This document shows, piece by piece, positions 1 to 10,433 of a DNA stretch of 64,000 nt. Within the stretch, counting starts at the first letter, position 1; each line of letters begins with the position of its first letter. Source of the stretch: Fidelibacterota bacterium. Lineage in GTDB: Bacteria; Fidelibacterota; Marinisomatia; Marinisomatales; TCS55. The DNA lies in contig OZ252221.1 in assembly GCA_965249165.1 (NCBI GenBank), forward strand, positions 945,347 through 1,009,346, given 5' to 3'. The position numbers and the translations under genes were made by a program. Below the pieces are notes generated by a model. The model was given only the letters and a program-made list of their open reading frames with translations, ran no database searches and was not told the DNA's origin.

Positions 1-1
1 A

Positions 2-406
2 GACGTCCAAATCAATCTGACATTTCGGGATATCAAAAGTGAGATGGAGGCCTATGGCTTGACTCAAGAATCGCGGCGAACAGCTTTAACCATGGAAGGC
101 TTCAAATTCCTGTTCGACTATCACGGTTTTGTGCCTTTTGTCGGTCTTGCTTTAAGTTATGAACGGTTGAAAGTAAATGAAACTTCCACCTCCGGTCACC
201 TCGATTTCGGGGCATTCACCGGCCTCAAACCAGGACTCACCTTTGGATGGGATATCCGTCCGGACCGATTGCAGATATTCTACCTACGTACCTCCCTCCG
301 ATGGTTTCCGGACCTATCAGTCGATATGTCGGGCGGTGCCTTTCGATTTGATCAGATCGAGTTTAATTTTATTCAGTTGGTTATTCTACCTGAACGAATA
401 TTCTAA
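2..406 (+). CDS. C-terminal part of an outer-membrane beta-barrel-like protein (5' end outside window)
   Basis: The frame is open from base 2 to the stop at 404-406. It shows an alternating hydrophobic/polar strand pattern and a terminal ...PERIF aromatic residue, as in OMP C-termini. No family recognised. Confidence 0.35.
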   Translation, partial: DVQINLTFRDIKSEMEAYGLTQESRRTALTMEGFKFLFDYHGFVPFVGLALSYERLKVNETSTSGHLDFGAFTGLKPGLTFGWDIRPDRLQIFYLRTSLRWFPDLSVDMSGGAFRFDQIEFNFIQLVILPERIF

Positions 407-790
407 CTTTAACGGCGCACTGACACCTGACTATCATCAATATTCGCACAGCTTATCGTAGCTTGCTGTTATATTTAGTCTCTCCAAATAAAATAACTAT
501 GGTTTCTTCAATCCTAGAATGGCTAATAATCCTACCAGCGATAATCAATTTCGGCGTCATGGCCTTCGATGGGATCCGCGGACTGACAGTAGGCGATTAT
601 GTCCGTCCCAAAAACGAACCATATGCCGGACAACTAGGCCTCTGAAGCATATTGGTGGAAAAAATAGGTATCGATCTGTAATCCACAACAATGAAAATGA
701 CCTTTACCCTTTGGTTTCCCTCCAACTTACAGAGAAACCTCTTGAGAATTCCGATAATTCGTCGCACAGAAAGTAATAGCTAATCTACTA

Positions 791-1205
791 GGCAGCCAAT
801 CAACGCCTGACCCAGTCTTTAGTCATACAGGCGATAGAAAGAGCGCTCAACAAAAGAAGACCGGCTGGAGCGGTCATCTTTCATTCTGATCGGGGGAGTC
901 AATATGCCAGTCATGCCTTTCAAAGACTTCTTTCAGAGCACCAGATTAGACAGAGTATGAGTGGAAAAGGGAATTGTTATGACAATGCAATGGCCGAATC
1001 CTTCTTTAAGACCTTAAAGACCGAGCTGATCTACCAGAATAAGTATGAAACCAGACAAGAAGCAACACAAGACATATTTGAATATATAGAGGTGTTTTTT
1101 ACAACCACCAAAGGCTGCATTCAGTTTTAGAATACCGGACACCTATTGAATATGGAGAAATACACCATGTTGCTTAACTTTGACTCAACTTTTTTGACTA
1201 AGTCC
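791..1205 (+). mobile_element. Decayed 3' remnant of the IS3-family element found intact at 58558-59817 (transposase OrfB C-terminal part plus terminal inverted repeat)
   Basis: Nucleotide-level match to the reverse complement of 58558-58975. It encodes ...AIERALNKRRPAGAVIFHSDRGSQYASHAFQRLLSEHQIRQSMSGKGNCYDNAMAESFF.... An in-frame TAG lies near 1128. It ends with the same terminal repeat ACTTTTTTGACTAAGTCC at 1188-1205. Confidence 0.85.
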
Positions 1206-1680
1206 ATTTTGGCTCCATTCCCGTCATGGCTAAAACAATATTGGTACTGCCAATGAAGGCTTTGTGCTGGGCCAGGGTAGCTTTGATATGATAATAAAGT
1301 GTCAGCATATAAAATAGATGAAACCACCATTCGCTGACCTTTCCTAGAAAATAAGCTCCATCCAGGATGACCGCTGTCATGAATAATAGAGTTACGATCA
1401 TGGTGGGTGGGTATAGAGCACGTTTAATCCCCAATATACCTTTATAGAATTTATCTCCGATCTCCGGGTGGGACTGTGTGTATTCCTTTATGTTAACTCC
1501 TGTACCCACGAAGAAGAACATAACCAGTGTTTGGGTGGCAATGTAAATAATGCTCACTAAAAGATCCAGCGTGATATGGCTAGTGGCCCAGATATTGAAA
1601 TAATGGTTGATCCCAACAAACAGCAACCCTAATCCCGATAGGGCGACCAGCACGTATGATGTGATCATAAAGAAAAACAT
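1198..1680 (-). CDS. Hypothetical integral membrane protein (about 4 TM segments)
   Basis: 160-aa ORF with four long hydrophobic stretches. Its last codons and stop lie inside the IS3 remnant terminal repeat, so the native C-terminus may have been replaced. Confidence 0.5.
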   Translation of the reverse strand: MFFFMITSYVLVALSGLGLLFVGINHYFNIWATSHITLDLLVSIIYIATQTLVMFFFVGTGVNIKEYTQSHPEIGDKFYKGILGIKRALYPPTMIVTLLFMTAVILDGAYFLGKVSEWWFHLFYMLTLYYHIKATLAQHKAFIGSTNIVLAMTGMEPKWT

Positions 1681-1725
1681 TATAATGATCGAACGAATAG
1701 TTGGCTGATAGGATGAACCATCTGT

Positions 1726-2826
1726 TTACACGTTGAAATGAAAATAAATACAATCTCCATCTTCCACCGCGTAATCCTGCCCTTGCAGTTTGGCCAGACC
1801 GGCGTCCTGCACTGCTTTTTCGGATCCCAGCATCACTATGTCTTCATATTTGAATACTTCAGCCTTGATAAAACCCCGCTGAAAATCGGTGTGAACCTCT
1901 CCGGATGCTTCCAGAGCGGTGGTGCCTTTTCTTATCGTCCAAGCTCGAACCTCTTTTGGTCCCCCAGTAAAGAATGTTTCCAGTTCCAACAGCTTGAACC
2001 CGGCATGGATGAGCTTATGGAGCCCCGGTTCAGACAAATTGTATTCATTGAGGAACATTGATTGCTCATCATCTGCTAATAAAGCGATCTCTTGCTCCAG
2101 TTTTCCGCACAGTCGGATGGCTAAATTATCTTCCTGCTCTGCAAATCCAGCTAATTTTGCTACCAGCTCTCCCCGGTTTTTATGAGTGATCTCTTCTTCA
2201 TCCACATTAGCTACATACAATATTGGTTTGTGTGTCAGCAGCTGGAGCGAATAAAAAACAGCTGTTTCCTCTTCATTGTTCGGGAATGTTCGCGCCTGAT
2301 GGCCAGTGTTGCAGTGATCCAATAACCTTTGGATTAGGCTCAATATTAATTTTTCTGTTTTTCCACCAGCCTTAGCTGCTTTTTCTGCTTTGATAAGTTT
2401 TTTTCCCAGTGCTTCAATATCTGCCAACAGGAGCTCTGTCTTAATAAGTTTTGCATCCCGGATCGGGTCCACGCTGCTCTCTATGTGGGTTACATTTTCA
2501 TCTTCAAAACAACGCACTACATGGATGATAGCAGCCACTTGACGAATCTGCCCCAGGAATTGATTACCCAGACCAGACCCTTTGCTGGCACCTTGGACAA
2601 GTCCGGCAATGTCAGTGAATTCCACGGTGGCCGCCGTTATTTTATTCGGTTTAAAAATTGCAGCTATTTTTGGCAGTCTGGGATCAGGTAGTTTTACGAT
2701 ACCTACGTGTGGTTCAATGGTACAAAAGGGGTAATTCTCCGCCGGGACAGAGGAAACCGTAAGAGCATTAAAAATAGTAGATTTCCCCACATTGGGCAGT
2801 CCCACAATACCACAACGCAGCGCCAT
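1726..2826 (-). CDS. ychF: Ribosome-binding ATPase YchF (Obg-family GTPase fold)
   Basis: N-terminal GIVGLPNVGKSTIFNALT P-loop, 366 aa, C-terminal TGS-like ...DGDCIYFHFNV. Typical YchF length and motifs. Confidence 0.93.
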   Translation of the reverse strand: MALRCGIVGLPNVGKSTIFNALTVSSVPAENYPFCTIEPHVGIVKLPDPRLPKIAAIFKPNKITAATVEFTDIAGLVQGASKGSGLGNQFLGQIRQVAAIIHVVRCFEDENVTHIESSVDPIRDAKLIKTELLLADIEALGKKLIKAEKAAKAGGKTEKLILSLIQRLLDHCNTGHQARTFPNNEEETAVFYSLQLLTHKPILYVANVDEEEITHKNRGELVAKLAGFAEQEDNLAIRLCGKLEQEIALLADDEQSMFLNEYNLSEPGLHKLIHAGFKLLELETFFTGGPKEVRAWTIRKGTTALEASGEVHTDFQRGFIKAEVFKYEDIVMLGSEKAVQDAGLAKLQGQDYAVEDGDCIYFHFNV

Positions 2827-2848
2827 ATAATTGCAGTATAACTAGCGC

Positions 2849-3415
2849 TTAAAACGGATCAAGGGCGGGATCCATGCCGATATCCCAAACAAGTCTTTCA
2901 AACAATCCGACCTGTAGGTCTTTGGCAAAATAAATCGCCTTATTTTTTACTTTTAAGACTGCATCACCCCAGGCCATAAATGTAGGTCTGGTGATAAATT
3001 TACGAATATCGATCTCATAGATTATCTTTCTATGATAAGGCCGCACCTGTCCTTTAAACTTTAATTCTTTTACCCCTAATGCTCGGCCACGCCCATTGCC
3101 GCCAGTCCAGGATAGAAAAAACCCGATCAACTGCCAAAAACCATCCAATCCTAGACAACCAGGCATGACCGGATCATTTTTAAAATGACACTTAAAAAAC
3201 CAGTGTTCCGGATTTATGTCCAATTCAGCTTTTATATATCCGTTCCCGTATTTTCCGCCCTTTTTAGAAATATTTAATATACGGTCTACCATCAGCATGG
3301 GGGACTGTGGTAATTTCCCGTTCTTTTTACCGAAAATTTCTCCTTCGCTGATTTTTAACAGGTCCAGTTTCGAAAAAGAGGATTTGTTTGTTGCTTTTTT
3401 CGTATCCATAAGCAC
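2849..3415 (-). CDS. fabA: 3-hydroxyacyl-ACP dehydratase/isomerase FabA
   Basis: Strong match to the remembered FabA core: [53 protein letters not shown] (E. coli: [53 protein letters not shown]). Confidence 0.88.
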   Translation of the reverse strand: [188 protein letters not shown]

Positions 3416-3520
3416 TGAATTTAATAATGAAAATCATTTTACTCATAAATTCTTTTGTGTTCTTCGTTTGCTGGAGACGTAGTGTTCCCTAAATTCGCCG
3501 TTTAATAATTGGAGAAAAAT

Positions 3521-4303
3521 ATGTCTGATTGGGTTTTGATATTGGGCGGCTCCACCGGTCATGGCGGGGCCACCGCAAAACGCTTGGCACAGGATGGGTA
3601 TGGTATTATTGCTTTTCATTTTGACCGTGGCGAAGTCAAAAAGCAAGCGGAAGAGTTAAAAGCGGAAATCACCGCGATCACCGGTGGCAATTGTCACTAT
3701 TTCAATACCAATGCTGCTGCTACGGATACGATGGATGAATATATTCCCCAGATTGCAGAAATCACCGGCAATGTTCCCCTTAAACTTCTGCTCCATTCAA
3801 TCGCCTTTGGAACAACTACCAATTTTTTTGGGGAAACACCGGTAACGCAAAAACAAATGGATATGACCGTTCACGTAATGGGGAATTCACTTTTGTATTG
3901 GACCCAAAAATTACTTACTGCTAAACTACTTACTGCCGGATCGAGAATTCTGGGCCTGACTAGTGAAGGTAACTATGTTGCCATGGAAGGCTACGGCCCG
4001 GTAAGTGTGGCTAAAGTGGCCATGGAAGCCATCATTCGTCAGATTGGCTGGGAACTGGGACAATTTGGTATTACGGCAAACGCGGTGCAAGCCGGGGTGA
4101 CCCCAACCCGAGCTTTAACCAAGATCACAGATAATTGGGCAAGCTGGGTGGAAAGCACCAAAAAACGCAATCCTATGGGCCGCACCACTACTCCGGAAGA
4201 TGTAGCCAACACAATTTCTCTATTGCTGAAACCCGAAGCGGATTTTATTAATTGCTCGATTATATACTGTGACGGCGGCGAAAACCGATCAGGATCATTT
4301 TAA
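3521..4303 (+). CDS. Enoyl-[acyl-carrier-protein] reductase, FabL/FabI-like SDR
   Basis: Rossmann N-terminus LILGGSTGHGGATAKRLAQDG. Catalytic Tyr-x6-Lys (YGPVSVAK), which is the enoyl-ACP reductase signature rather than the classical SDR Y-x3-K. ATG at 3521 is preceded by GGAG; the ORF track's TTG at 3509 is a less likely start. Divergent from fabA. Confidence 0.7.
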   Translation: MSDWVLILGGSTGHGGATAKRLAQDGYGIIAFHFDRGEVKKQAEELKAEITAITGGNCHYFNTNAAATDTMDEYIPQIAEITGNVPLKLLLHSIAFGTTTNFFGETPVTQKQMDMTVHVMGNSLLYWTQKLLTAKLLTAGSRILGLTSEGNYVAMEGYGPVSVAKVAMEAIIRQIGWELGQFGITANAVQAGVTPTRALTKITDNWASWVESTKKRNPMGRTTTPEDVANTISLLLKPEADFINCSIIYCDGGENRSGSF

Positions 4304-4647
4304 GAAGGTTGAAATATTAGAAAAAATACCAAATTTGATGGTATCTGGCTCTCCGACAGACTAACCAATTCCTATAACTTTAATAATATCAAAAGACACT
4401 ATGGATTTTACATCCTTGGGTAAAGGTGTGTTGCTTCTTTAAATGTTAGAATAACATCATCCATCAAACATTACTGGTCGTAACCATTGCGCCAGGTTAA
4501 TTTGTTGTTTAGGGTCGTCCTAGTACCTGACCAGACGCAGCAAAACTATGCAAAATAATGTGAATTGCATGTGTTGATCTATCCTCAGATAACAGGTCAG
4601 AGTTTCATTACAGACCCACGGTAGTAAAAGAAAAAATTGGAATTCAT

Positions 4648-5910
4648 TTATCTATATAAGGGAAACTTGACCTGTTGATTGCGGGGTTCTTGCACCATAA
4701 AAATGAGCTGCAGTAAGCCAATGAACACCAACACACCCAGTATAATAAAGAGATTTCGAGTTCCAATAACAGGATCCAGAAGGCTGGCTCCCGCCACCAT
4801 TATTACAATGAACGGTGCCAGAAAGGTATCAATTAAAGCCATATAAGTTTTGCTGTCCCGGGTATCGGCAAATTCGTAAACCATGTTCATCGCCGAGGGC
4901 ATAAAACCGCCGTGTCCCAGACCCAGAAAAAGGAAAATGGCGTATACATGCAGCATAGATGCAGCAAAAATTGTGAATAGTATGGCTAAAAGATACCCGC
5001 TGAATGACAGTACGATAGCTAATTTATATCCTCGGCGGTCCCCAATTTTCCCGGCCCAGACACTGCCCAGACCAAAGGCTATAACCTGTAAAATGGTAAA
5101 AACACCTGCTTCACTGACATCAAAACGAAACAGCTCTTGAGTGTAAACTGCATAGAGGCTCATGGCTGGGAAGTGAGCCGTAATAAAAATACGGCCGAAC
5201 AAATAATATTTAAAGTTGTGATGGGAGCGTACAATCGCTTTTATTTCAAACCAAAATTCGGAGAGGGTCTTATAGGGCGTATCTGTCGGTTTACTATCTA
5301 TACGATATGGGATATACAATATTGTACCGATGACAATGGCTATTCCAAAAAATATAAATCCCCAACCAAAGTTTTTGGGAAATGGAATCACACTGTTCAA
5401 CAATACTTTTACCAATATACCACCAAGAAAACCGCCGAAACTGTTGAAGGCAAAAGATATGCCCAGATAATACCCCCGGCTTTCCCGTGGAAAAATATGG
5501 AATAGGAATTCTGTCCAGATGGGGATAACTATGCCAATTCCTAAACAATAAATTATAAAACAAATGTAATAATACAGCCATGCATAAGGACCAGTCGGGG
5601 CAAAAAATGCAAAAAGAAAACCGGCTAAAAAGATCGGTGGAAAGACAACACCGTGGACAGTAATTACTGCCTTTTTGATATCGCGAATATTTCGACCTAA
5701 GGCAGCAGAAAAAAGCATTGGTAGTGCCACCAGGATACTAAATAAACCAGCGATCGAGATAATAACACTATCCGGTGCATTTAGTTGTTTCAAAAACAGC
5801 GGTATGACTGCATAAGTGGAATGAAAAGCAATACCAATTCCCCAGCAGAGTTCATGAATGGAATTAAAAAACAGGTTTCGCTGCAATATGCGCCGCGAAA
5901 AATCATTCAT
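4648..5910 (-). CDS. MFS-type transporter (about 12 TM)
   Basis: 420 aa, uniformly hydrophobic with about 12 helices and short basic loops (GRNIRD, GDRRGYK) at the expected MFS loop positions. Confidence 0.65.
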   Translation of the reverse strand: MNDFSRRILQRNLFFNSIHELCWGIGIAFHSTYAVIPLFLKQLNAPDSVIISIAGLFSILVALPMLFSAALGRNIRDIKKAVITVHGVVFPPIFLAGFLFAFFAPTGPYAWLYYYICFIIYCLGIGIVIPIWTEFLFHIFPRESRGYYLGISFAFNSFGGFLGGILVKVLLNSVIPFPKNFGWGFIFFGIAIVIGTILYIPYRIDSKPTDTPYKTLSEFWFEIKAIVRSHHNFKYYLFGRIFITAHFPAMSLYAVYTQELFRFDVSEAGVFTILQVIAFGLGSVWAGKIGDRRGYKLAIVLSFSGYLLAILFTIFAASMLHVYAIFLFLGLGHGGFMPSAMNMVYEFADTRDSKTYMALIDTFLAPFIVIMVAGASLLDPVIGTRNLFIILGVLVFIGLLQLIFMVQEPRNQQVKFPLYR

Positions 5911-6805
5911 GGTTAAGCTGACGTTCTTGAGTTAACAGCACAATGGCAGCCAGGAGTATGACCGCTCCTGCAGTCTGTGCCGGAGACATTATCCGTCCAC
6001 GAATGAACCAATCAAAACAAATAGCCGATAAAGGCCAAAAAAGTTCATAAATAGTCGTGTGTGATGCTGGCAAGTTGTTTAGACCGTAATAGTATATGAA
6101 AAGCGCTACCGCTCCGGTTGATATAACAATTGTGCCCAGGGTGATCCATTGTGCGACTTGTAAGACTCCGATCGAAGACACATCTTGAATTCCAATTAAT
6201 ACTATACCCGTTAACAAAGCAGTCAGTGATAAACGAAGAGCAGTTACAGTTTGAAACGGCAATTTATTTAACACGTGTTTGCCCAGCACAGTCGAACTGC
6301 CCCAGCTGAATGCGGCCAGTAAAGCAAACAACGCTGCAATGGTAGTTTTATCATCCCATGTTGACATGGGTTTTATACCAAATGTAACCAGATAACCGCC
6401 GATCATGGCCAGCCCGGCCAGCACTAAGAAACGACGGTTTAGTTTTTCTCTCAATAGAACCGCAGCTAGAATTATAGCAAAGATAGGCTGAAATTTTTGT
6501 AGTAATACAACCACAGATAGATCAATATAATCAACATAAGCTAAGGCATTTGTATAGAAGAATGTCCCAAGCATTCCCCCACAGATACTGATCCACAGGA
6601 CAGATCCCCACCCGCGCTGGTTAAGTGTTTTGATGTCGGCCCAGCCGCGCACAAGAAAAGGCAGAAAAAGCAGAGCACCCAATCCATGTTCTAGCGCAAC
6701 GATTACGAAAGCGGATACATTAAATAGCTGCTGGCGCAGTATGCCATCTAGACTCCAAAGAATTGCTGCCAGAATCACAGCAAAGGGCGGAAGGTATCTT
6801 TTCAC
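5903..6805 (-). CDS. EamA/DMT-family transporter
   Basis: 300 aa, 10 predicted TM helices arranged as two 5-TM halves. N-terminus ...ILWSLDGILRQ... is typical of the EamA domain. Overlaps the downstream MFS gene by 8 nt. Confidence 0.7.
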   Translation of the reverse strand: MKRYLPPFAVILAAILWSLDGILRQQLFNVSAFVIVALEHGLGALLFLPFLVRGWADIKTLNQRGWGSVLWISICGGMLGTFFYTNALAYVDYIDLSVVVLLQKFQPIFAIILAAVLLREKLNRRFLVLAGLAMIGGYLVTFGIKPMSTWDDKTTIAALFALLAAFSWGSSTVLGKHVLNKLPFQTVTALRLSLTALLTGIVLIGIQDVSSIGVLQVAQWITLGTIVISTGAVALFIYYYGLNNLPASHTTIYELFWPLSAICFDWFIRGRIMSPAQTAGAVILLAAIVLLTQERQLNHE

Positions 6806-6853
6806 TGGTGGAAAATTAATGCAGTGGAAGTGCTTTTTATAATAGATAAACTG

Positions 6854-7411
6854 TTAGGCGGAGCCGCCTCGACCGGAAAATCCAGAGATATCCAAGCCGA
6901 AGGATTTTGTGGCTATATCCCACATGAATTTTTCCTCTGTGTTAAACACAAAATCAGCATTTGTATCCTGTAGAAGCCAATCGCCATTCTCAATCTCTGC
7001 TTCCAGTTGGTGGGTGCCCCACCCAGCATGGCCCAGCAACAGTTTGTATTTTTTGGGTCCTTTACCATCTGTAATTTCGCGGATAACCATTTTGTTGCTG
7101 GTGAGTGAAAAATCTTGACCGATACTAACCGTACTTTCTGATTTATAGTCCGCCGAGTGCAGTACAATGCCCCGCGTTACCAAAACCGGGCCGCCGAAAT
7201 ATATAGTTGGCACCAGTTTTAATATATCATTATCCTCTGGAAAAAAACCATTGAATAATTCTTGGATTTCCGGGGTTTCAAATGGTTTGTTGATCACAAA
7301 TCCTAGGGCGCCATCTGCATTGTGTTCACAAATAAATACAACCGAACGGCCAAAATATGGATCCTGCATATGCGGCATGGCGATGATGATCTGGTTTTTT
7401 AATGATCCCAT
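6854..7411 (-). CDS. YqgE/AlgH family protein (UPF0301)
   Basis: 185 aa; LKNQIIIAMPHMQDPYFGRSVVFICEHNADGALGFVINKP matches the conserved YqgE/AlgH N-terminal block. Confidence 0.85.
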   Translation of the reverse strand: MGSLKNQIIIAMPHMQDPYFGRSVVFICEHNADGALGFVINKPFETPEIQELFNGFFPEDNDILKLVPTIYFGGPVLVTRGIVLHSADYKSESTVSIGQDFSLTSNKMVIREITDGKGPKKYKLLLGHAGWGTHQLEAEIENGDWLLQDTNADFVFNTEEKFMWDIATKSFGLDISGFSGRGGSA

Positions 7412-7577
7412 TAATTAAATGTAATGCATATCCACTAGCAAAACAAGGCGAATGGCTGCCGCTCAATTGGCAGAAAGTAGCAAAACAATAAGCATAATAA
7501 GATAATTATAAATCGTTTTTATGAAAACGTTGAAAAAAGCGTTAAATTCCGGGCTGTCATCTTATAGATGAACTTTT

Positions 7578-10433
7578 ATGACTATGCAGGTTGATAAAAT
7601 CATTATTAAAGGCGCTCGCCAACACAATCTTAAAAATATAGATCTGGAGCTACCACGTAACAAATTGATTATCATAACTGGGTTGTCCGGATCGGGAAAA
7701 TCTTCGCTGGCGTTTGATACGATTTATGCGGAAGGTCAACGTCGATATGTGGAAAGTCTATCATCGTATGCCCGCCAGTTTTTAGGACTCATGGAAAAAC
7801 CGGATATGGATACTATTGAGGGATTATCCCCAGCCATATCTATTGAACAAAAATCTGCTGCGCGGAATCCCCGATCGACAGTAGGTACAGTTACAGAAAT
7901 ACATGATTATTTCCGGCTGTTATTTGCTCATATTGGTAAACCGCATTGTTGGGTTTGCGGCCGGCCCATCCAAAAGCAGACCGTTCAACAGATTGTTGAT
8001 ATTGTGAGCAAATTTCCGGTGGGGACCAAAATCTATATATTAGCGCCGGTGGTCCGGGGCCGCAAAGGGTTGCATAAAGGTGTTTTTGAAGAGATTAGAA
8101 AAGAGGGTTTTCTACGAACACGTGTGAATGGAAAAGTATGCAATATCAATGACAAGATTACTCTGGAAAGGAATAAAAAACATAGCATTGAAGTCGTTGT
8201 AGATCGGCTGGTGATAGAAAATGATTACCATGAACGACTTACAGAATCAATTGAATTGGCTCTGAAGATCGGCTCCGGTTTATTGATGATTCATGAACTA
8301 CCAAAAAAAGATCACTTATTTAGCGAACATTTTGCTTGTCCCCATTGCGAAGTATCAATGGAAGAACTGTCCCCGCGCATGTTTTCGTTCAATTCACCTT
8401 ATGGCGCCTGCCCCCACTGTGATGGTTTGGGAGCGCATTTAGAAATTGATCCTGAATTGGTTGTTCCCGATAAGACCAAGTCTATCATTCAGGGTGCCGT
8501 AGCACCGCTCGGGGAGCAACCCCGGGGAAATTGGTACGGTAGTATACTCAAAAGTCTGGCAAAACATTATCATTTTAATTTTACAACACCATGGGTCATG
8601 CTTGATCCCAATGTACGGGAGATATTATTGTTTGGTACCGGTAGCGAAAAAATGAAAATGACCTATTCTTCTGATCGCTGGACAGGAACTTACACCGGCG
8701 GCTGGGAAGGAGCCATTCCAAACTTAATGCGCAGGTACAAACAGACCAAATCTGCTCATATTCGGAAATGGATCGAACAATTTATGAGCATGCGCTCCTG
8801 TCCAGAGTGCGCTGGCGCCCGGTTACGCGTGGAAAGCCGGGCGGTATTAATTGATAATAAAAGCTTGGGTGAAGTATCTACTATGTCCATAGAGGACGCA
8901 CTTATATTTTTTGAAAATATCAAGCTGAGCAAGACCGAAAAACAAATTGCCGCACAAATTCTGAAGGAACTTATGAACAGGTTGAGTTTTCTGGTGAATG
9001 TTGGGTTGAGTTACTTGACTCTAGATCGTTCTGCTGTTACACTTTCCGGCGGTGAAGCTCAGCGTATTCGCTTGGCTACCCAGATCGGATCACAATTAGT
9101 CGGTGTCCTATATATTTTGGATGAACCATCCATTGGTCTCCATCCCCGAGATAACTCGCGGTTACTCAACACATTGAAAGCACTGCGGGATCAAGGTAAT
9201 AGTATTGTTGTTGTTGAGCATGATCAGGAAACAATGGAATCAGCTGATCATATTGTAGATCTGGGACCCGGTGCCGGAGAACATGGCGGTGAAGTGGTGT
9301 TTGTTGGCTCTCCGGAAGCTATTTTAAATGAAGCTAATTCAATTACGGGGCAATACTTGTCTGGGGAAAAATTTATTCCTATCCCGAAAAATCGCCGCCG
9401 TGGCAATGGTAAAAAACTGAAAATAACTGGTGCCTATGGTAATAATCTGCAACAGATTAATGCAGTGTTTCCCTTGGGAAAACTGACCGTGGTCACCGGT
9501 GTGTCCGGCAGCGGGAAAAGTACTCTGGTTAATGAAACTCTATTTCCCATCTTGCACAAAGAATTGAATAATGCTAGAGCGTATCCACTGCCTTATGATA
9601 CGATTGCAGGCTTGCAGTTTTTGGATAAAGTCGTCGCAATTGATCAAAAGCCGATCGGACGGACACCTCGTTCCAATCCCGCCACCTATACCGGTGTCTT
9701 TACCTTCATCAGGGATTTATTTACTCAACTCTCTGAATCAAAAATGCGCGGTTATAGACCGGGTCGCTTTTCTTTTAACGTCAAGGGCGGTCGCTGTGAA
9801 TCCTGTGCGGGTGACGGTATTATCAAAATTGAAATGAATTTTTTACCGGACGTGTACGTTACCTGTGAAGTTTGTAAAGGATCCCGTTACAATCGGGAGA
9901 CGTTGGAGATTAAATATAAGAGTAAAACCATTGCTGATGTATTGAATATGTCGGTGGAGGAGGCACTTAAGTTTTTTGAGAATATTCCAGCGATCAAAAA
10001 GAAATTAATTACTTTATATGAAGTAGGATTAGGATATATTCGCCTTGGTCAACAGGCTACAACTCTTTCCGGCGGCGAGGCCCAACGGGTGAAGCTGTCC
10101 ACCGAATTGTCTCGGGTCGGTAAAGACCGTTCGCTCTATATATTAGATGAACCAACCACCGGACTGCATTTTGAGGATGTCAATATGTTACTAGACGTAT
10201 TACAGCGTTTAGTGGATCGGGGTAATACAGTGATCGTAATTGAGCATAATTTGGATGTGATTAAATCTGCGGACTGGATCATTGATCTCGGTCCGGAAGG
10301 TGGTAATGGTGGCGGCCAAATCATATTTTCTGGAACGCCGGAAGATATAATTAAAGATAAACAGTCTTACACAGGTGTTTTCTTAAAACAAACATTAAAC
10401 GGTCACAAAAACGGACGAATGAAACGCAAATGA
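7578..10433 (+). CDS. uvrA: Excinuclease ABC subunit A
   Basis: 951 aa. Two ABC modules ([14 protein letters not shown]; [13 protein letters not shown]; two LSGGEAQR signatures) and zinc-finger Cys clusters (CPHCEVS...CPHCDG; CESCAGDG...CEVCKG). Confidence 0.97.
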   Translation: MTMQVDKIIIKGARQHNLKNIDLELPRNKLIIITGLSGSGKSSLAFDTIYAEGQRRYVESLSSYARQFLGLMEKPDMDTIEGLSPAISIEQKSAARNPRSTVGTVTEIHDYFRLLFAHIGKPHCWVCGRPIQKQTVQQIVDIVSKFPVGTKIYILAPVVRGRKGLHKGVFEEIRKEGFLRTRVNGKVCNINDKITLERNKKHSIEVVVDRLVIENDYHERLTESIELALKIGSGLLMIHELPKKDHLFSEHFACPHCEVSMEELSPRMFSFNSPYGACPHCDGLGAHLEIDPELVVPDKTKSIIQGAVAPLGEQPRGNWYGSILKSLAKHYHFNFTTPWVMLDPNVREILLFGTGSEKMKMTYSSDRWTGTYTGGWEGAIPNLMRRYKQTKSAHIRKWIEQFMSMRSCPECAGARLRVESRAVLIDNKSLGEVSTMSIEDALIFFENIKLSKTEKQIAAQILKELMNRLSFLVNVGLSYLTLDRSAVTLSGGEAQRIRLATQIGSQLVGVLYILDEPSIGLHPRDNSRLLNTLKALRDQGNSIVVVEHDQETMESADHIVDLGPGAGEHGGEVVFVGSPEAILNEANSITGQYLSGEKFIPIPKNRRRGNGKKLKITGAYGNNLQQINAVFPLGKLTVVTGVSGSGKSTLVNETLFPILHKELNNARAYPLPYDTIAGLQFLDKVVAIDQKPIGRTPRSNPATYTGVFTFIRDLFTQLSESKMRGYRPGRFSFNVKGGRCESCAGDGIIKIEMNFLPDVYVTCEVCKGSRYNRETLEIKYKSKTIADVLNMSVEEALKFFENIPAIKKKLITLYEVGLGYIRLGQQATTLSGGEAQRVKLSTELSRVGKDRSLYILDEPTTGLHFEDVNMLLDVLQRLVDRGNTVIVIEHNLDVIKSADWIIDLGPEGGNGGGQIIFSGTPEDIIKDKQSYTGVFLKQTLNGHKNGRMKRK

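Noticed and set aside
463-776. Small ORFs 463-645 and 519-776 between the partial OMP gene and the IS remnant.
   Set aside because: They are overlapping alternative frames, interrupted by stops, with no recognisable family. They may be debris of a small membrane-protein gene but cannot be supported as genes.
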